From: Halorussus marinus
GTDB lineage: Archaea; Halobacteriota; Halobacteria; Halobacteriales; Haladaptataceae
NCBI RefSeq assembly: GCF_004765795.1
Contig: NZ_SBIV01000003.1
Location: 248,001 to 312,000, forward strand
Direction of reading: 5' to 3'
Length of the DNA: 64,000 nucleotides
In this document: positions 61,313 through 64,000 of the stretch, one piece after another
Numbering within the stretch: position 1 is the stretch's first letter
Layout: each line of letters begins with the position of its first letter
Program-made: the position numbers and the translations under genes
Notes under the pieces: model-generated
Told to the model about the DNA's origin: nothing
Databases searched by the model: none
The model's input: the letters and a program-made list of their open reading frames with translations, nothing else

Positions 61313-62673
61313 TATGCGGTCCCCCCGGTCATGTCTCTCGGACGTGTGATAATATCACTTTTCCCGACTAAATCGGTCGGGGCTGTCGGCGCCCCCGCGT
61401 CCTGCAGTGCGCTCGCGTCGTCGACGACGGTTGCGTTGAAATCGAAGCTGACCGAATCGCTCTGGATCTCGTTGCCGACGTCGGCGTCGACGCGCCACTC
61501 GGCGACGAGATCGACCGTCTCCCGGGCGTCGAGACGGGTCCGGGCGCTCAACTGCTCGGGCGACTGGCTCCCGAGCGCGACGTACGACGAGTCGTCGCCC
61601 GCGAGATACGCGACGGTTTCGCCCGACTCGTCTTCGAGGCTGATTCGCACGTCGAGCGCGGCGGCCAGCTCGCCGCTCGACGGCGAGTCGTCGACGGCGC
61701 GCTCGGGTTCGGTCAGCCCGTTCTCGCGCTCCGCGATCGCCGTGATCGACGCACGGAGCACGCCCTCGTCGTCGCCGTCGTTGGTGATCGCCAGCCGGCC
61801 CTCCCCGGAGTACCCGGGAGCCACGCCGGCCACGTCGAGGACCGCCGGCGCCGCCTCGCCGTCGCCGAGTCGGACCGACGGCTCGCCGTCCGACCCGCCG
61901 AACGCGTAGACCGTCGGGGCCTCCTCGTTGATCACCCGGACGGCGTAGCCGTCGACGGTCGAGACGCGATCGAGTTCGGTGCCGTTCGCGTCGAACAACA
62001 CGCCGGTGACGGAGACGAACCCCTCCCGGGAGACGTTCGCGCCGTCCTCGTCGACGTCGAATTCGCTCGCCCGGTCGCCCTCGGCGTAGACCAGTTCGGT
62101 CCCGCCCAGCGCCGCTTCGACGGCGAGACTCGACCCGTTCGGCTCGACCTCAACGCGCCGGGATTCGCGCCACTCCGAGTCTGGCGTCCAGGTCTGGACG
62201 ACCAGCGCAACTCGGGTGACGTTCGCGCCCGCGGTCCAGTCGAGCGCGCCGGTGAGGTTCCCCGCGATGCGCTCGACCGCGCCGTCGTCGTTGCGTACCG
62301 TCGGCGGGTCCGACGCCGAGAGCGCGAGCGTCGCGTTCGGCGCGACGGGGTCGGGCGCCGTGGTCGTCTCCGGGGTGGTCGTCGTCGCCGTCTCGGGATC
62401 GAGCGCGGCCTCGTCGGCATCGCTCGCGTCGGTCGTCGCGGTCGACTCGGTCGCGGTGGTCGTCGCGGTCGGCTGAGTGGTCACGGTCGGGTCGGGCGGC
62501 GCCGGCGTGGTGGTCGGGGTCGCGGTCTGCTCGTCGGCGCCGTCGGTGAGCGTCCCGACGAACCCGAACCCGGCGCCAGCGACGACGACCCCGGTGATGA
62601 GTAACACGAGCGCCGTCTGCCGGACGCCCATCTTCGTCAGGCGAGCGAGGAGTTCACGGAGCACCGCGATCAC
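61312..62673 (-). CDS. Membrane-anchored protein with C-terminal TasA/CalY-like domain
   Basis: N-terminal TM, Thr-rich linker, then APG..ITNDG..ENG..PE..GELA..GNEIQSD shared with the 62896 protein. Confidence 0.72.
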   Translation of the reverse strand: MIAVLRELLARLTKMGVRQTALVLLITGVVVAGAGFGFVGTLTDGADEQTATPTTTPAPPDPTVTTQPTATTTATESTATTDASDADEAALDPETATTTTPETTTAPDPVAPNATLALSASDPPTVRNDDGAVERIAGNLTGALDWTAGANVTRVALVVQTWTPDSEWRESRRVEVEPNGSSLAVEAALGGTELVYAEGDRASEFDVDEDGANVSREGFVSVTGVLFDANGTELDRVSTVDGYAVRVINEEAPTVYAFGGSDGEPSVRLGDGEAAPAVLDVAGVAPGYSGEGRLAITNDGDDEGVLRASITAIAERENGLTEPERAVDDSPSSGELAAALDVRISLEDESGETVAYLAGDDSSYVALGSQSPEQLSARTRLDARETVDLVAEWRVDADVGNEIQSDSVSFDFNATVVDDASALQDAGAPTAPTDLVGKSDIITRPRDMTGGTA

Positions 62674-62895
62674 CCGCGGTTGCGAACGTCACGGCTACTC
62701 GTTTCGAACGGCTGGAGGGCGTCTCTACTCGCGTATGAAGGAGTTGCATGCTGAAAATCGTGCTGTGAGACGAGAGAGTCGAGACTGTCGACCGACGGCG
62801 AGCGTTCGAACGGCCGGTGTCCGACATGACTCGATAGGTGGTTCGCGGTTAGTTCTCGGTCGCTGCGGCGCAACGGATCGGCGGCGATCGCCGGA

Positions 62896-63558
62896 TTACT
62901 GGCTGTCCTCCTGGTTCAGGTGGAACTTTGCGTCGATGACGACCCGGTCGCTCTGGATTTCATTGCCCGCGTCCTCGGGGATCCGGTACTCCGATTCGAT
63001 AGTCGCGTAGTCGCCAGCGTCGATCTGGACGTTCAGATCTCGCTCGCCGGTCGTCAGCGTCGACGCCTTGACCAGACCGTTCTTGTCGCCGATGAGATAC
63101 GCCGGGTCGGGATTCGCCTCGACGATGCGAGACCGAATCCAGAGGTTCTCGGCGAGCTCGCCGCTCTGGGGGCCGCCGCTGGACTCGCCCTCCGGATCGT
63201 CTTCCTCCGGCGACGCCGCTTCCGGGTCGTTCACGCCGTTCTCCTCGTCGCGGATCGAGACGATCTCGAAGTCCAGCGAGCCGTCAACGGTTCCCTCGTT
63301 CTTTATGATCGCGGTCTCCTGGTCGTCGCTCATTCCCGGGGCGGCCTCCTCGACGTGGATCAGCTGAAACTCCCCGGCGTTGCCGACTTCGAGGTCGAGT
63401 GTGCCCGCGGCGAGGGTGTTGTCACCGCTCGTCTCCGTGTCCTGGAACAGCGCCATCGTGCCCGCACCAGCGGCTGCCGACGCCGCGCCGATCGTCGCGA
63501 GTCCGCCGAGCACCCGTCGACGGGTGCGGCCGGCGGTACCGTCAGTTTCGTCGGACAC
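62896..63558 (-). CDS. TasA/CalY-like protein with SipW-cognate signal peptide
   Basis: RRR..GAGTMALFQDTE..NTLAAGTLDL, APG, IKNEG, GNEIQSD; GTG start with GGTGA SD-like site. Confidence 0.85.
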   Translation of the reverse strand: MSDETDGTAGRTRRRVLGGLATIGAASAAAGAGTMALFQDTETSGDNTLAAGTLDLEVGNAGEFQLIHVEEAAPGMSDDQETAIIKNEGTVDGSLDFEIVSIRDEENGVNDPEAASPEEDDPEGESSGGPQSGELAENLWIRSRIVEANPDPAYLIGDKNGLVKASTLTTGERDLNVQIDAGDYATIESEYRIPEDAGNEIQSDRVVIDAKFHLNQEDSQ

Positions 63559-63572
63559 TTGCGGTCACCCGG

Positions 63573-64000
63573 TTACTGGGAGTCTTCCTGATTGAGTTCG
63601 GCGTCGATGTTGAAGGACACCGAGTCGCCCTGAACGGCGTTACCGACGTTCTTCGAGAGCTCGTACTCCACGATGACGTACTTCGTGCTACCGGACGGGA
63701 GGCTGACATTCGATTCCGCGTCGACCTTCGGCAGCCGGTTGACCTTGCCGGCGCTCACGAAGGTATCGTTGTTGCTTTTCTTCGAGTCGGAGCTGACGCG
63801 AACCGAAACGTCGAGCATGTCCGCGAGCGTCCGGAGCTGGCCGCGCTGAATCTCGACCATCTTGGTCGCGTGGCCGTCGAAGCTGCTGGTCCCCGCGATC
63901 GGGGGGTTGTTGTAGCCGAAGCCGGGGATGAACGGGATGGCGAGGTTCGAACCGGACGTCGAGGGGGTGTATGCTGCGAGGTTGGCCTGTCCGGTGATCG
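63573..64000 (-). CDS. TasA/CalY-like protein, 5' part outside the window
   Basis: Frame open to the window edge; ends GNAVQGDSVSFNIDAELNQEDSQ, same terminus as the next gene. Confidence 0.75.
   Translation of the reverse strand, partial: ITGQANLAAYTPSTSGSNLAIPFIPGFGYNNPPIAGTSSFDGHATKMVEIQRGQLRTLADMLDVSVRVSSDSKKSNNDTFVSAGKVNRLPKVDAESNVSLPSGSTKYVIVEYELSKNVGNAVQGDSVSFNIDAELNQEDSQ

Overview
GC-rich chromosomal segment from a halophilic archaeon (class Halobacteria), judged from acidic proteins, a tandem-fold histone, rpS6e, aIF2-beta and an archaeal RNase P RNA. It is mostly core genome: hisI/hisA/hisB, rps6e, a Usp/GNAT/DHH cluster, pyrC, NAD salvage (nicotinamidase-like and pncB), rnpB, a P1B ATPase, rpaC-histone-hdaI, azf, mptD, otsAB, and four tRNAs (Lys-TTT, Arg-GCG, Arg-CCG, Val-TAC). 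I found no CRISPR array, transposase or integrase. Best candidates for an under-described system: (1) a SipW peptidase with four TasA/CalY-like or SipW-signal genes at the right edge, including a putative membrane-anchored subunit and a putative glycosylated tip subunit; (2) a four-gene envelope module (Yip1-like, bPH_2, two convergent paralogous beta-propeller lipoproteins); (3) a family of modular palindromic intergenic repeats, including direct and inverted copies of the tRNA-Arg 3' end and a palindrome inserted in frame in btpA. All family assignments come from motif recognition by eye, not database searches. Start codons were re-picked by hand where the ORF track overshoots.
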